In this document: in pieces, positions 51,141 through 60,586 of the stretch
Layout of the letters: every line of letters begins with the position of its first letter
Position numbering within the stretch: the first letter of the stretch is position 1
NCBI GenBank assembly: GCA_963833985.1
Contig: CAWIAD010000002.1
Location: forward strand, 6,112,001 to 6,176,000
DNA length: 64,000 bases
Source of the DNA: an uncultured Planctomycetaceae bacterium
GTDB taxonomy: Bacteria; Planctomycetota; Planctomycetia; Isosphaerales; Isosphaeraceae
Reading direction: 5' to 3'
Program-made: the position numbers and the translations under genes
Notes under the pieces: generated by a model
What the model was told of the DNA's origin: nothing
The model's database searches: none
The model's input: the letters and a program-made list of their open reading frames with translations, nothing else

Positions 51141-52575
51141 CTAGAAGCGTGGCCTCGTCTGCAAGTCGAGAATCGAGGTGGACTGCTTTGTTGAGTTCAG
51201 CCTTCGCTTCCCGCGTTTTTCCCAAAGCACCAAAAGCCTGGCTCCGAGCGAGGTAGATTTCCGCCCACCTCGGACCGAATTGTCGCGCCTTGCCCAGTTG
51301 AGTGATGCCTCGCCCGTAGTCCCTGAGACCCAGAAGCGCCAGGCCGCGGATGAAGTAGAAATGTGGCGCGCGCCTCCAGAGTCGTACGCCCGCGTCGGCG
51401 TCGGTCGTGGCCTCGGCATAGCGATGCAGCCAGAGCTGTGCGTATGCTCGGTAGAATAAAGCGGATGCGTTGCTCGGCTCGGCATCCAGGCATTGGGTAC
51501 AATCATCAATCACATCCGAGAAGCGATGCAGCGCTAGCTCGGAGCGCGCTCTCTGAAGCCGTGCTTCGTAATCATCCGGGTTAAGCTCCAACGTGCGTGA
51601 GCACGAGGCAATGGCCAGATCGTGCTTGCCATGGGCGACATAGGAGCAAGCTTCCGCAAAAAAGCCATCGGCGTTCAGGTCAAACTCAAACTCTAAATCG
51701 GCCGGTTCCAGGCCATGCTCTTCGGAACAACCTGGTTTTGAGTCATCGACGTGATCGTCGTGCGAAGTTCTCGTTCCCATCCATTGGCTTGCGGCAGGCA
51801 TTACGTGTAGTTCTTCTATTCCGGTAGCAATTGCGCTCGCGGAAGGACTACTAGCAATGATGCCTTTGGACTCGACCTTGAAATAGGCTCGTGCATCGGG
51901 TCGCAGGTACCTGACCCAGCGCGGGCGTTCTTCACCTCGGAATCGCGCGTAGAGGGCCAGCGCGTAGGAGAATTCCGGTATCGACATGTACCCCTGCTTG
52001 GCAGTACTCCACCCTTCGAAGGTGCCGGACCGCCAGTTAACCTCCCGTAGCGCCTGGTTCGCCGTGAAAATGCCCAGACCGAAGTAAACCGTCAGCAGGT
52101 CGGTCAATGGTTCGTGGTCTGCCATGCTCGCGTCACACCGCGCGTCGGCCAGCAGGTGTACATGGCCAAGTTCGTGGGCCAGGGTGCTAACAACCGAATA
52201 AGGCTCGCTTAGCCTGGTGGCTTCAAGCCAGATTCGAATCCTGCCCCCTTCGGCCTCGAACATGCCCAGCGCATGCTCTCGACGATGGACGGGATTGAAC
52301 GCGTTGACGACTTCATCGGCGGACGAGTCGGTGAACAACTGAAGCGTCACTCGTGAACGATCGACGTCCATGTAGGTGCAGAGGCGGTCGAGCAAAATCT
52401 CAGCATCCCTGGGCGTTGCCGCATAAGGATCGGGAAAGAACTCGTGAGTCGGCGTCACGATCTCCTTACGAAGCGGTCCCTCGCCGAATTGCTGGCGCAG
52501 CCACGCAAACCGCTCGTCGATCCAGCATCGCTGCTGCGCTGTTAAGGGCGACTGGATCCTGAACCAGCCGAACAT
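51136..52575 (-). CDS. HExxH metallopeptidase-like domain plus TPR repeats; 3' end truncated by the IS
   Basis: Motif TLAHELGHVHLL...HEPLTD and C-terminal TPR units; the current stop is supplied by the IS end. Confidence 0.8.
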   Translation of the reverse strand: MFGWFRIQSPLTAQQRCWIDERFAWLRQQFGEGPLRKEIVTPTHEFFPDPYAATPRDAEILLDRLCTYMDVDRSRVTLQLFTDSSADEVVNAFNPVHRREHALGMFEAEGGRIRIWLEATRLSEPYSVVSTLAHELGHVHLLADARCDASMADHEPLTDLLTVYFGLGIFTANQALREVNWRSGTFEGWSTAKQGYMSIPEFSYALALYARFRGEERPRWVRYLRPDARAYFKVESKGIIASSPSASAIATGIEELHVMPAASQWMGTRTSHDDHVDDSKPGCSEEHGLEPADLEFEFDLNADGFFAEACSYVAHGKHDLAIASCSRTLELNPDDYEARLQRARSELALHRFSDVIDDCTQCLDAEPSNASALFYRAYAQLWLHRYAEATTDADAGVRLWRRAPHFYFIRGLALLGLRDYGRGITQLGKARQFGPRWAEIYLARSQAFGALGKTREAKAELNKAVHLDSRLADEATLLA

Positions 52576-52769
52576 GGAATTCTTACCGTTGGATGTGTAT
52601 GGCGGTGTTGCGAATGTGCTTGCCAATCGTCGCTGTCAAATCTAGTCTTGGGCGACACGCTCGCACAAGAGTCCCCCATAGAAAGCAATGCTGTCGGAAC
52701 GGGTTAACCTGATGCGCTCGGTCCCGAAACCCCCGACGCGAATTGTGCTCACGAGCCGTCACGTCGTCT

Positions 52770-54496
52770 CTAGCCCAGAGGTGACGCTTCCGACATGCTC
52801 TTCACGTGGGTGGGGCGGGTACGCGGGCCGTTCAGCATCCGGCCGACCCAGGTATAACGCACCATCGTCTGATAGGCGATGAGCAGGCCGCCGGTGACCA
52901 CGGTGGTGATCAGCAGGAACTTCAAGACCGGCGGCCAGGGCCAGTCGCGAACCACGACCTGGGCGGCGATCAGGAGCGGCAGGTGGGTCAGGTAAAGCCA
53001 GTACGATGAGTCGGACATGTAGCGCACGGCCCGGTTCTCGCGGTGGATCGTCTTCCGGAAGAGACCCATGACGCCAAAACACATGGTCCAGGCATAGACG
53101 ACCTGCGTGATGGAAGTGATCGACCGGACCGGCAGAGTGGCCAGACCGGCGGGCAGCGCCAGCAAGAGCCCGGCCGGCAAGAGCAGCCACCAGTACCGGC
53201 CAAGCCGACCCTTGTCGTCATCGGCGTCGAAGTAGAGTGCCCCGAAGCCAAAGAAGATCCCGTAATAGAGCAGCAGGTGTGGCAAGGGGATGATCCCCGT
53301 TGAGTCGTCGGGACCGAAGGAGGGCCCGTTCAACCCCATGAAGAACTGGGGCAGCAGGGTCAGTGGAACGAGCCACAGAAACCGCCACGACGAAAGCACC
53401 GCCGGGCGCGGGAACATGCCCCAGCCGAACGAGTCGCTGATCCATGCCACGACGGCGAAACCGGCAACCATCCAGCAGAGGAACCAGAGGAACCAGAGGT
53501 GGGCGAAGACCGGCGTCTCGACGAGATGAATCGACGCGCTGCCCAGGCGCACGTTGAGCCGTTCGGACGAGATCGCCGCCTGATAGGCTGCGAGAATTCC
53601 ACCGGACGTTCGGGCCGGCGTCTCGTCGGCCGCGACAATGGTCCCTCCCGCGCTGGCGATTCGCTCACGGAGCAGCCGGGCCACGTCGGTGCGGCCTTGC
53701 TCGACGTCGACCTGCTCGCCGATCGGCACGTTGATCAGCGAGGCAACGTAGCGGGTCAGTCCCCAGTCCACGGTGGTAACCTCGAGCGGTGTCTGGCGCA
53801 CGTTGTTCCGTGATTCGAGCTCAGCGCCGTGACGGATCAGCAATTCCGCGGCGCCCGTTCGACCCAGGAACGCCGCGCCGTGGAGCGGCGTCGAGCCGTC
53901 GCGGTTCCGGCCGTTGACGTCCCCGCCGCGGTCGATCAGGATCTGGACGGCGTCGGCATCTCCCCGCATGGCGGCCCAGCTCAGGGGAGGAACACCGAAC
54001 TTCGGGTCCACGGCGTTCACGTCTCCGCCTTCGTCCAGGCGCTGGCGGATCATGGCGAGGTCGCCCGTTTTCACGGCACCGATCAGCGTGCCGTCGTCTC
54101 TGGACGCTGGCGGCTGGCCCAGCGCCGAGGTCAGCGCCAGAAAGAAACGCCCTGGGTGGCGGGAATGATCGTGAACAGGCCGAGCACCAGGGGAAATACG
54201 ATGCGGAAAATCCGCTGCCTGAGCAACGCGTGCAGCCCGCGCCGGCGCCAGAGCATCGCGGTGAAGAACCCGCTCACCAGAAAGAAGAGCGGCATCCGGA
54301 AGCCGTGAACCGCGGCGACGAACACGCCGAACGCGTCATTCTGCCGCGAGTCCTGGACGATCCACGGCAACGTCGCGAACGACAGGGCCGCATGCAGTGC
54401 AATGCCCAGCAGCATCGCGAAGGCGCGAACCGCATCGAGGTCAGCGCGGCGGGCGATGGTGGTGTGCAGAGTCGGTTGATCTGGAGTTTCGGACAT
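52770..54496 (-). CDS. Acyltransferase-3 (OpgC/MdoC-like) with inserted ankyrin repeats; frameshift near 54140
   Basis: Motifs DLDAVRAFAMLLGI, HGFRMPLFFLVSGFF, HLWFLWFL and SYWLYLTHLP; ankyrin motif DGSTPLHGAAFLG. Confidence 0.88.
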
Positions 54497-54796
54497 GGGC
54501 CTGCTCGGTTCGGGTTCGCAATCGGGCACCGTTCATGCCCTGGTATTCGTCGGCAACCCCGGAATCTTGCCGGCCAGACAAGCCAATCAAGGAACGAAGG
54601 CGGAAAAGCCTGGGGAAGAGAAAATCCGCAAGGACGAAACAATAAAGGGAAGAGCGGGCAGAGTCGCTCGCCCGGGGAAACGTATCACCCGGCACTCGCC
54701 AGGAACTGCTCCATCCGCTCCACTCGCTTGTCGGCGGCCAGGCCGCGCCGAGGCGGTCTGCGGCACAGCCACCGACCTTTCTTGCCTGCCGAGCCG

Positions 54797-55741
54797 CTAT
54801 CTGGCTTGCTTCCGGAAATAGGCCAGCCAGTTCTGGAGGTTCGCGGGCAGGTCGGCGAAGGCCGCGTCGATATCAGCCGGCTTGACCGCCCCGGCTTTCT
54901 CCGCACTCGCGCCCCTGGCGGCCAGGCCGAGCGTCTTCTCGCCCTGCCAGTCATTGGTGTTGAGGGCGTTGCTGAAGGCCTCGTAGTAATAGACGCGCGG
55001 GTCGTTGGGACGGGTCGATTCGAGCTTCTGGAACGCGTCCCCCGCCTCGGCGTACTTGCGGGCCTTGAACAGTTCAATCGCCTGGTCCAGCCCCGACGCT
55101 CCAGCGCCGGCGGTCGGGGAGGGCGCGCCCGCTTCGGCCGGCGTGGCGGCCCCGGCCGCGGAGATCTTCTGGAACTCGGCCGAGAGCCCCGCCAGCTTGC
55201 CCTTGAGCCCCGCCAGCGCCGAATCCACGCCGCTCGCCCGGCCAGCGAGCTTGTCCACCTTGTCGGTCAGTGGCATGAGGCCCGAGAGTGACTGGCCAAG
55301 CTCTGCCACCTTGTGCTCGATGGGGGCCAGGTCCGGCGGAGGCGCGGGCTTCGGCAAGCTGTCGACTGTCCCTCGCAGGCCCTTGAGCTGGTTCGTTACC
55401 CCGTCGAGTTCCAACTTGAGCGCCTTGACCTCGCTGCTCAGCAACTCGATGGGCGACGGCGTCGGGACCGCGGCCGGCGCGGCAGGGGCCGCTCCAGCGG
55501 CGGGTGCGGACGCCGCGGCCGGGTTCGCCGCCGAAGTCTGCATCTGCGCTACCCAGACCGCGATGCCGAAGAGCAAGGCGATCACGATCACGCCAGGCAA
55601 CATGAGCGCCCCGAGGGATTTGCTGTCAGGCCCAGGCGCAGGACGATGCTCCTTGTGCGCCGTTGTCGCGGACATCGATCCAGCAAGCCCTGGTTCGCCT
55701 TCGCCTGTGCTCATCCGAGGAGGGTCAACGTGGTCCGACAT
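54797..55741 (-). CDS. Single-TM protein with coiled coil and C-terminal TPR
   Basis: TM segment GVIVIALLFGIAVWV, Ala/Pro linker, heptad repeats and a TPR-like C-terminus; start uncertain. Confidence 0.7.
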   Translation of the reverse strand: MSDHVDPPRMSTGEGEPGLAGSMSATTAHKEHRPAPGPDSKSLGALMLPGVIVIALLFGIAVWVAQMQTSAANPAAASAPAAGAAPAAPAAVPTPSPIELLSSEVKALKLELDGVTNQLKGLRGTVDSLPKPAPPPDLAPIEHKVAELGQSLSGLMPLTDKVDKLAGRASGVDSALAGLKGKLAGLSAEFQKISAAGAATPAEAGAPSPTAGAGASGLDQAIELFKARKYAEAGDAFQKLESTRPNDPRVYYYEAFSNALNTNDWQGEKTLGLAARGASAEKAGAVKPADIDAAFADLPANLQNWLAYFRKQAR

Positions 55742-56087
55742 ATCAATCGATGTCCTTTCGCAAATTCCTTGATAAACAGCCATGAACCGATCCCAGGTTC
55801 GCTGGACCGTGAACCGGCGCCCTGTATTGTACCGGGACCCGCAGGCGCTCGCATGATGGCCATGGGCTGCGGCCAGAGAATCCTCCGCGGGTGCCGGTTC
55901 CCCGGTCTCGGAAGGCGAAATCGATTCGTCGCACGAGGGTGGAAATGGAGGAGGGTGCCGCACGCTCGACATGGGCGCGCGACCGGGCGATTATAGAGTT
56001 CTGTGCTTCGCCTGAAAGACTGCTTGCTTCGCTGCTACACGAACACGAGACATCCGCGAGAGCGAGGCTCTCCAGAGGAATTCCATC

Positions 56088-58843
56088 ATGTTGCGATCGA
56101 TCCAGGGCGCCGTCGCCCTCGCGCTGGTTGCGCTGGTGCAGCCGTCAGCCAATGGGCTTTCTGTCTCCCTCAGCCGGCAAGGCATCGTGGTTCACACCGG
56201 CAAGAACGCTCGGTATACGCTGGCCTATCCGGCGATCGGAACGGCGGAGAAGTGCGCGCTGCCTTCCTCGGTCTCGATTCGCGGCCGGAAACTTACGGCA
56301 ACGTATGGCAACGGCGCAGCCTGCACGGCAGAGCTGAAGGACGACGGCTCGCTCGGTTTTCACTTCACTGCCTTGCCAGACGGGGTGAAGAACATCCGGC
56401 TCGATCTGCCCCTGCCGCTCGCGCTCGGCAAGGGGGGCAGCTTCGCCATCGACGGCCGCGCCCCCCTCCCGTTTCCGGCCCTCGCCTCCGCCGCCGCGTT
56501 CCTCTTCAAGGGCAATGCCCGGCGCTTCGTGGTGACGCCCGGCGGCGGTGAGACGTTCGCCATCCAGATCGAACACGGCTGGCAGCAGGTGCAAGATAAC
56601 CGCGTCTGGAAGATGAACACCTTTTCCTGGACGGCCATGGCCGAATTGCCGCGCACGGCAGGCAGCGAGGCGTATTACACGATCCGCATCGCCGCGCCCT
56701 CCGCGCTCTCGGAACAGGCCGCGGCGCCCGCGACCGCTATGGCGGACCCCGCCGGCAGCCAGGCGTTCGGTGTCGCGCTCGGAGAGAAGGAGATCTCGGT
56801 GGCCGTGGGCACGGCCGGGACGTACGCGCTCTCGTATCCGGCATTCGTCAAGAGCAACGACCAGCGCGTGGCGCCCTGCGCAGATCGTTCGCAATGGCGC
56901 GGGCGTCTCCCTGGTGTATGCCGAGGGCGGGCAGGCGCTCGTGCGGCTGGAGGGTACGACCCTGCGCATCGGCTTCTTGAATCCTCCCACAGACGCCAGG
57001 CAGTTCCGCATGGAGATGCTGATTCCGATCGGATTTGGCGGCAGCGGAACGTACCGTGCCAGGGGTGCCGTGGCGCAGACGTTCCCGGTCGAGAAGCCGG
57101 CCAGGCCGTTCCTCTACCAGGGAAGCGCCCGGAGCATCGCGTTTGTGCACCCGACGGGCCCCGGCTTCTCGATCGCCATTCCGCCCGACTCGTTCCAGCA
57201 GCTACAGGACAACCGCGAGTGGAACTGGAGCGTGTACCACTGGTGGTTCTCCTGCCCGCTGCCCCAGGGCAACAGCAGCCCCGAGTTCAGCATCACGCTG
57301 GCCTCAACCGGGATGACCGGAAAGCCGTCGCCCCTCGTCGACCGCTTCGGTCAATGGGTCAAGGCCCGATTCGCGACGAAGGTGCAGGCCGAGGCCGAGC
57401 TGAGGAACGATGCGGAGTGGGAACGGACCTGGCTCGCAGCGCTCAGGCCGCCGGCGACCGACCCGCACGGCGGCTTGCCCGGCTCGGGCCAGGCGTACGG
57501 TCTGACGAGAACGGGGTTCTTCCACCTGGGCCGGATTGCCAGGCCGGGCGGAGGATCAGCGGACGTTCTCGTCACGCCGGAAGGCAACGCCTTCTTCCAG
57601 CTTGGCGTGTGCGGCATCAGCCCGTGCGACGACTACACGACGGTGCGCGGTCGCGAGTCGATCTATGAGTGGCTGCCGGGCAGCGATGGCGCGTTCCAGT
57701 CCGCCCGCAACCAGGGAGATTCTGGCGTGGTGTCGTTCTACCTCGCCAACACGATCCGCAAGTACGGACGTCCCTACGATCTGGACGACCACTTCGGCCG
57801 CTGGATCGACCGGCTGCGCGCCTGGGGGTTCAACTCCGCGGGCGCGTTCAACGCGCTTCCGACCGTGGTGGGCCGGAAGAAGTTTCCGTACGTGAGCTTC
57901 GTGCCGGTCCCGGCGCCGCGGCTGGGCGACCTGGGCGTGGTCTGGGACCCGTTTGCGCCGGGCCTGGAAGCGAAGTTCAACGAAGCCTGTGCGCGAGGTC
58001 GCGCCGCGGGCCAGCGATCCGCTGCTCATCGGCTACTTCATCAGCAACGAGCCGGCGCTCGAGGACGTGCCCAGGGTCGTCCCCTCGCTGCGCGAGTCTC
58101 AGTGTCCTTCCAAGGCACGCCTGATGGCCCTGCTCGAGCGGAAATATCACAGCGTCGCGGCGTTCAATTCCGCCTGGAACTGCAAGGCGCCCTCGTTCGC
58201 GGCTGCCGCAGAAGCTCCGCTGTCCGCCACCACCCCGAGCGCTGAGCGCGACATGGCGGAGTTCTTCACGCTTTTCCTGGAAACCCGGTACAAGCTTGTG
58301 AACACGGCCTTCCGGAAGCATGACCGCAACCACCTGCTGATCGGGGACCGCTGGACCCCGCGCACGGCCGGGCTGGAAAGCGTCGTGAAAGCGGCCTCGA
58401 GGTATCTTGATGTCGTCTCAATTAACTATTATACCTCTAGAGTCGACAAGTCATTTCTTGATCGAGTGCACGGCTGGGCCAGCAAGCCCCTGCTCTTCTC
58501 TGAGTTCTACTATGCCGCGACCGATCAGGGTCTGCGGGGCGCGAACAAGGTTGACAGCCAGGCCGAGCGCGGGCTGGCGTATCGAAATTACGTCGAGCAG
58601 GCGGCGGCGACGGGTCACGTGGTGGGCATCCAGTGGTTCCTGGCGCTCGACCAGGCCTGCACCGGGCGCTACTTCGAGGGCTTCAACGGCGAGGCCGCGA
58701 ACACGGGCCTGGTGAACGTCGCCGATCGCCCCTACCGCGAGTTCCTGGCCGAGGTCATGAAGACCAACGGGTCAATCTATGATGTGATTCTGGGGAGCCG
58801 GCCGCCGTTCGCTTTTCAGGATCCGCGGTTCGCTGGCAAGTAA
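56088..58843 (+). CDS. Secreted glycoside hydrolase (beta-agarase/GH50-like); frameshifts near 56878 and 57990
   Basis: Signal peptide; motifs TGFFH, LVTPEGNAFF, RLRAWGFNS, LIGYFISNEP, DVVSINYY, PLLFSEF and NTGLVNVADRPY. Confidence 0.8.
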
Positions 58844-59024
58844 GCTCCTGCACGCGGGGCCGGGAAACAGCGCGCTGGACTGAGTCGGAGTCCGCGATAG
58901 GCAGTCTCGCGGCCACAGGAGATCATTTGCACGCGCAGCAGCACGACGCTAGACTGCGCCGATTCGATTCGCAGGCTTTGGAACCCGTTCCTTCGCCTTG
59001 TTCCTGGCAGTGAGGCGTTCTCTG

Positions 59025-60542
59025 ATGCGGAACGTGATGCTTTCCGTGCTCGGCGTGGCCAGTCTTGTGCTCCTTCCGCAGGCCTTCGCAGGAGAAGGCG
59101 AGCCCAGGCCCAGCAAGTCGGTGGTGAAGATCTTCGCGAGCCTGCGTGCGCCCGACGTCTACCGGCCGTGGACGCGCGAGTCTCCCGAGGACGCGACCGG
59201 ATCAGGGGTCGTGATCGCGGGCAAGCGCATCCTCACCAACGCCCACATGGTCAACCAGGCCAGCCAGATCTTCGTGCAGTTCGACAAATCGAGCGAGAAG
59301 CAGCCGGCAACGGCCGTGGCCATCGCGCCCGGCATTGACCTTGCAATCCTCAAGCTGGAGAACGAGGCGCTCTTCAACGAGCATCCACCCCTGGTGATGA
59401 GTGCGAAGCTGCCGGATGTGCAGCAGGCGGTGCTGGTCTACGGCTACCCGGAAGGCGGCAACGAGCTGTCGATCACCCGCGGGATTGTCTCGCGCATCGA
59501 GTTCGCCGAGTATTACAGGGGCGTGGAGGGGCTGAGGATCCAGGTGGACGCGGCGATCAACCCCGGCAATAGCGGCGGCCCCGTCGTGGCCGAGGGGCAG
59601 CTCATCGGCATCGTCTTCAGCAAGCTCGAGAAGTCCGACAACATCGGCTACATCATCCCGGTCGAGGAGATCGCCCTCTTCCTCAAGGACATCGAGGACG
59701 GCCGCTACGACGGCAAGCCGCTCCTCCCCATCGACGTCCAGCCGCTGGAGAACCAGGCACTCCGCGACAAGCTCCAGATCGACGGCAAGACCGGCGGCGT
59801 GCTGGTGCGGAAGATCCATCGGCCCGAGCCCGAGTACCCCCTGCACGTCGACGACATCCTCCTGAAGATCGGCAACCACGCCATCGACCGGAGCGGTATG
59901 GTGAAGGTGGAAGGCGATCGCACGCTCCGGCTCTATTACCCGGTCCAGCGCCTGGCAAGCGCCGGTCGCCTTCCCGTGACCGTGCTCCGCAAGGGCGTGG
60001 AGAAGACGCTGGAGCTGCCGGTGGACAGCGACCCCAGGCGGCTCATCCGCGACCTCTCCGAGGAGCCGTCCTCCTACTTCATCTTCGGCCCGCTCGTGTT
60101 CTCGGAGGCCAGCGAGGAGTACGTCCGGTCGATGACCAAGTATGTCGACAAGGGCAACTCGGGCGGCTCGCTGGCGATGATCTACACGGGCATTCCCGCC
60201 TTCTCGAGGTACGGCGACGACCCGAAATTCCCGGGAGAGCGGATCGTCATCGTTCCTTCGCCCATGTTCACGCACAAGATCGGCCGGGGCTACGACGACC
60301 CCTACACCGAGGCCGTGCGCGAGGTCAATGGCGTCCGCGTGCGCAACCTCAGGCATTTCGTCGAGCTGCTCCGCGACAGCAAGGACACGTTCGTGGAGCT
60401 GACGTTTTACGGTCGGTTCAGCGACAAGATCGTCTTCAACCGCAAGGAAGCGCTGACCGCCACCGAAGAGGTCCTCAACGACAACGGCATCCGCCATCAG
60501 TGCTCGCCGGATATGCTGAAGGTCTGGGACATATCCAAGTAG
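59025..60542 (+). CDS. HtrA/Deg-family serine protease with PDZ domains
   Basis: Catalytic triad motifs ILTNAH, IDLAIL and INPGNSGGP; signal peptide. Confidence 0.93.
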   Translation: MRNVMLSVLGVASLVLLPQAFAGEGEPRPSKSVVKIFASLRAPDVYRPWTRESPEDATGSGVVIAGKRILTNAHMVNQASQIFVQFDKSSEKQPATAVAIAPGIDLAILKLENEALFNEHPPLVMSAKLPDVQQAVLVYGYPEGGNELSITRGIVSRIEFAEYYRGVEGLRIQVDAAINPGNSGGPVVAEGQLIGIVFSKLEKSDNIGYIIPVEEIALFLKDIEDGRYDGKPLLPIDVQPLENQALRDKLQIDGKTGGVLVRKIHRPEPEYPLHVDDILLKIGNHAIDRSGMVKVEGDRTLRLYYPVQRLASAGRLPVTVLRKGVEKTLELPVDSDPRRLIRDLSEEPSSYFIFGPLVFSEASEEYVRSMTKYVDKGNSGGSLAMIYTGIPAFSRYGDDPKFPGERIVIVPSPMFTHKIGRGYDDPYTEAVREVNGVRVRNLRHFVELLRDSKDTFVELTFYGRFSDKIVFNRKEALTATEEVLNDNGIRHQCSPDMLKVWDISK

Positions 60543-60586
60543 TGCACCAGTGATCGCAACTTCACGATTCGGGAGAGGGAGATCCC

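Noticed and set aside
1687..58843. Split genes as pseudogenes or programmed frameshifts
   Set aside because: There is no accompanying decay or slippery-site pattern, and the breaks are spread over unrelated genes. Assembly error is simpler.
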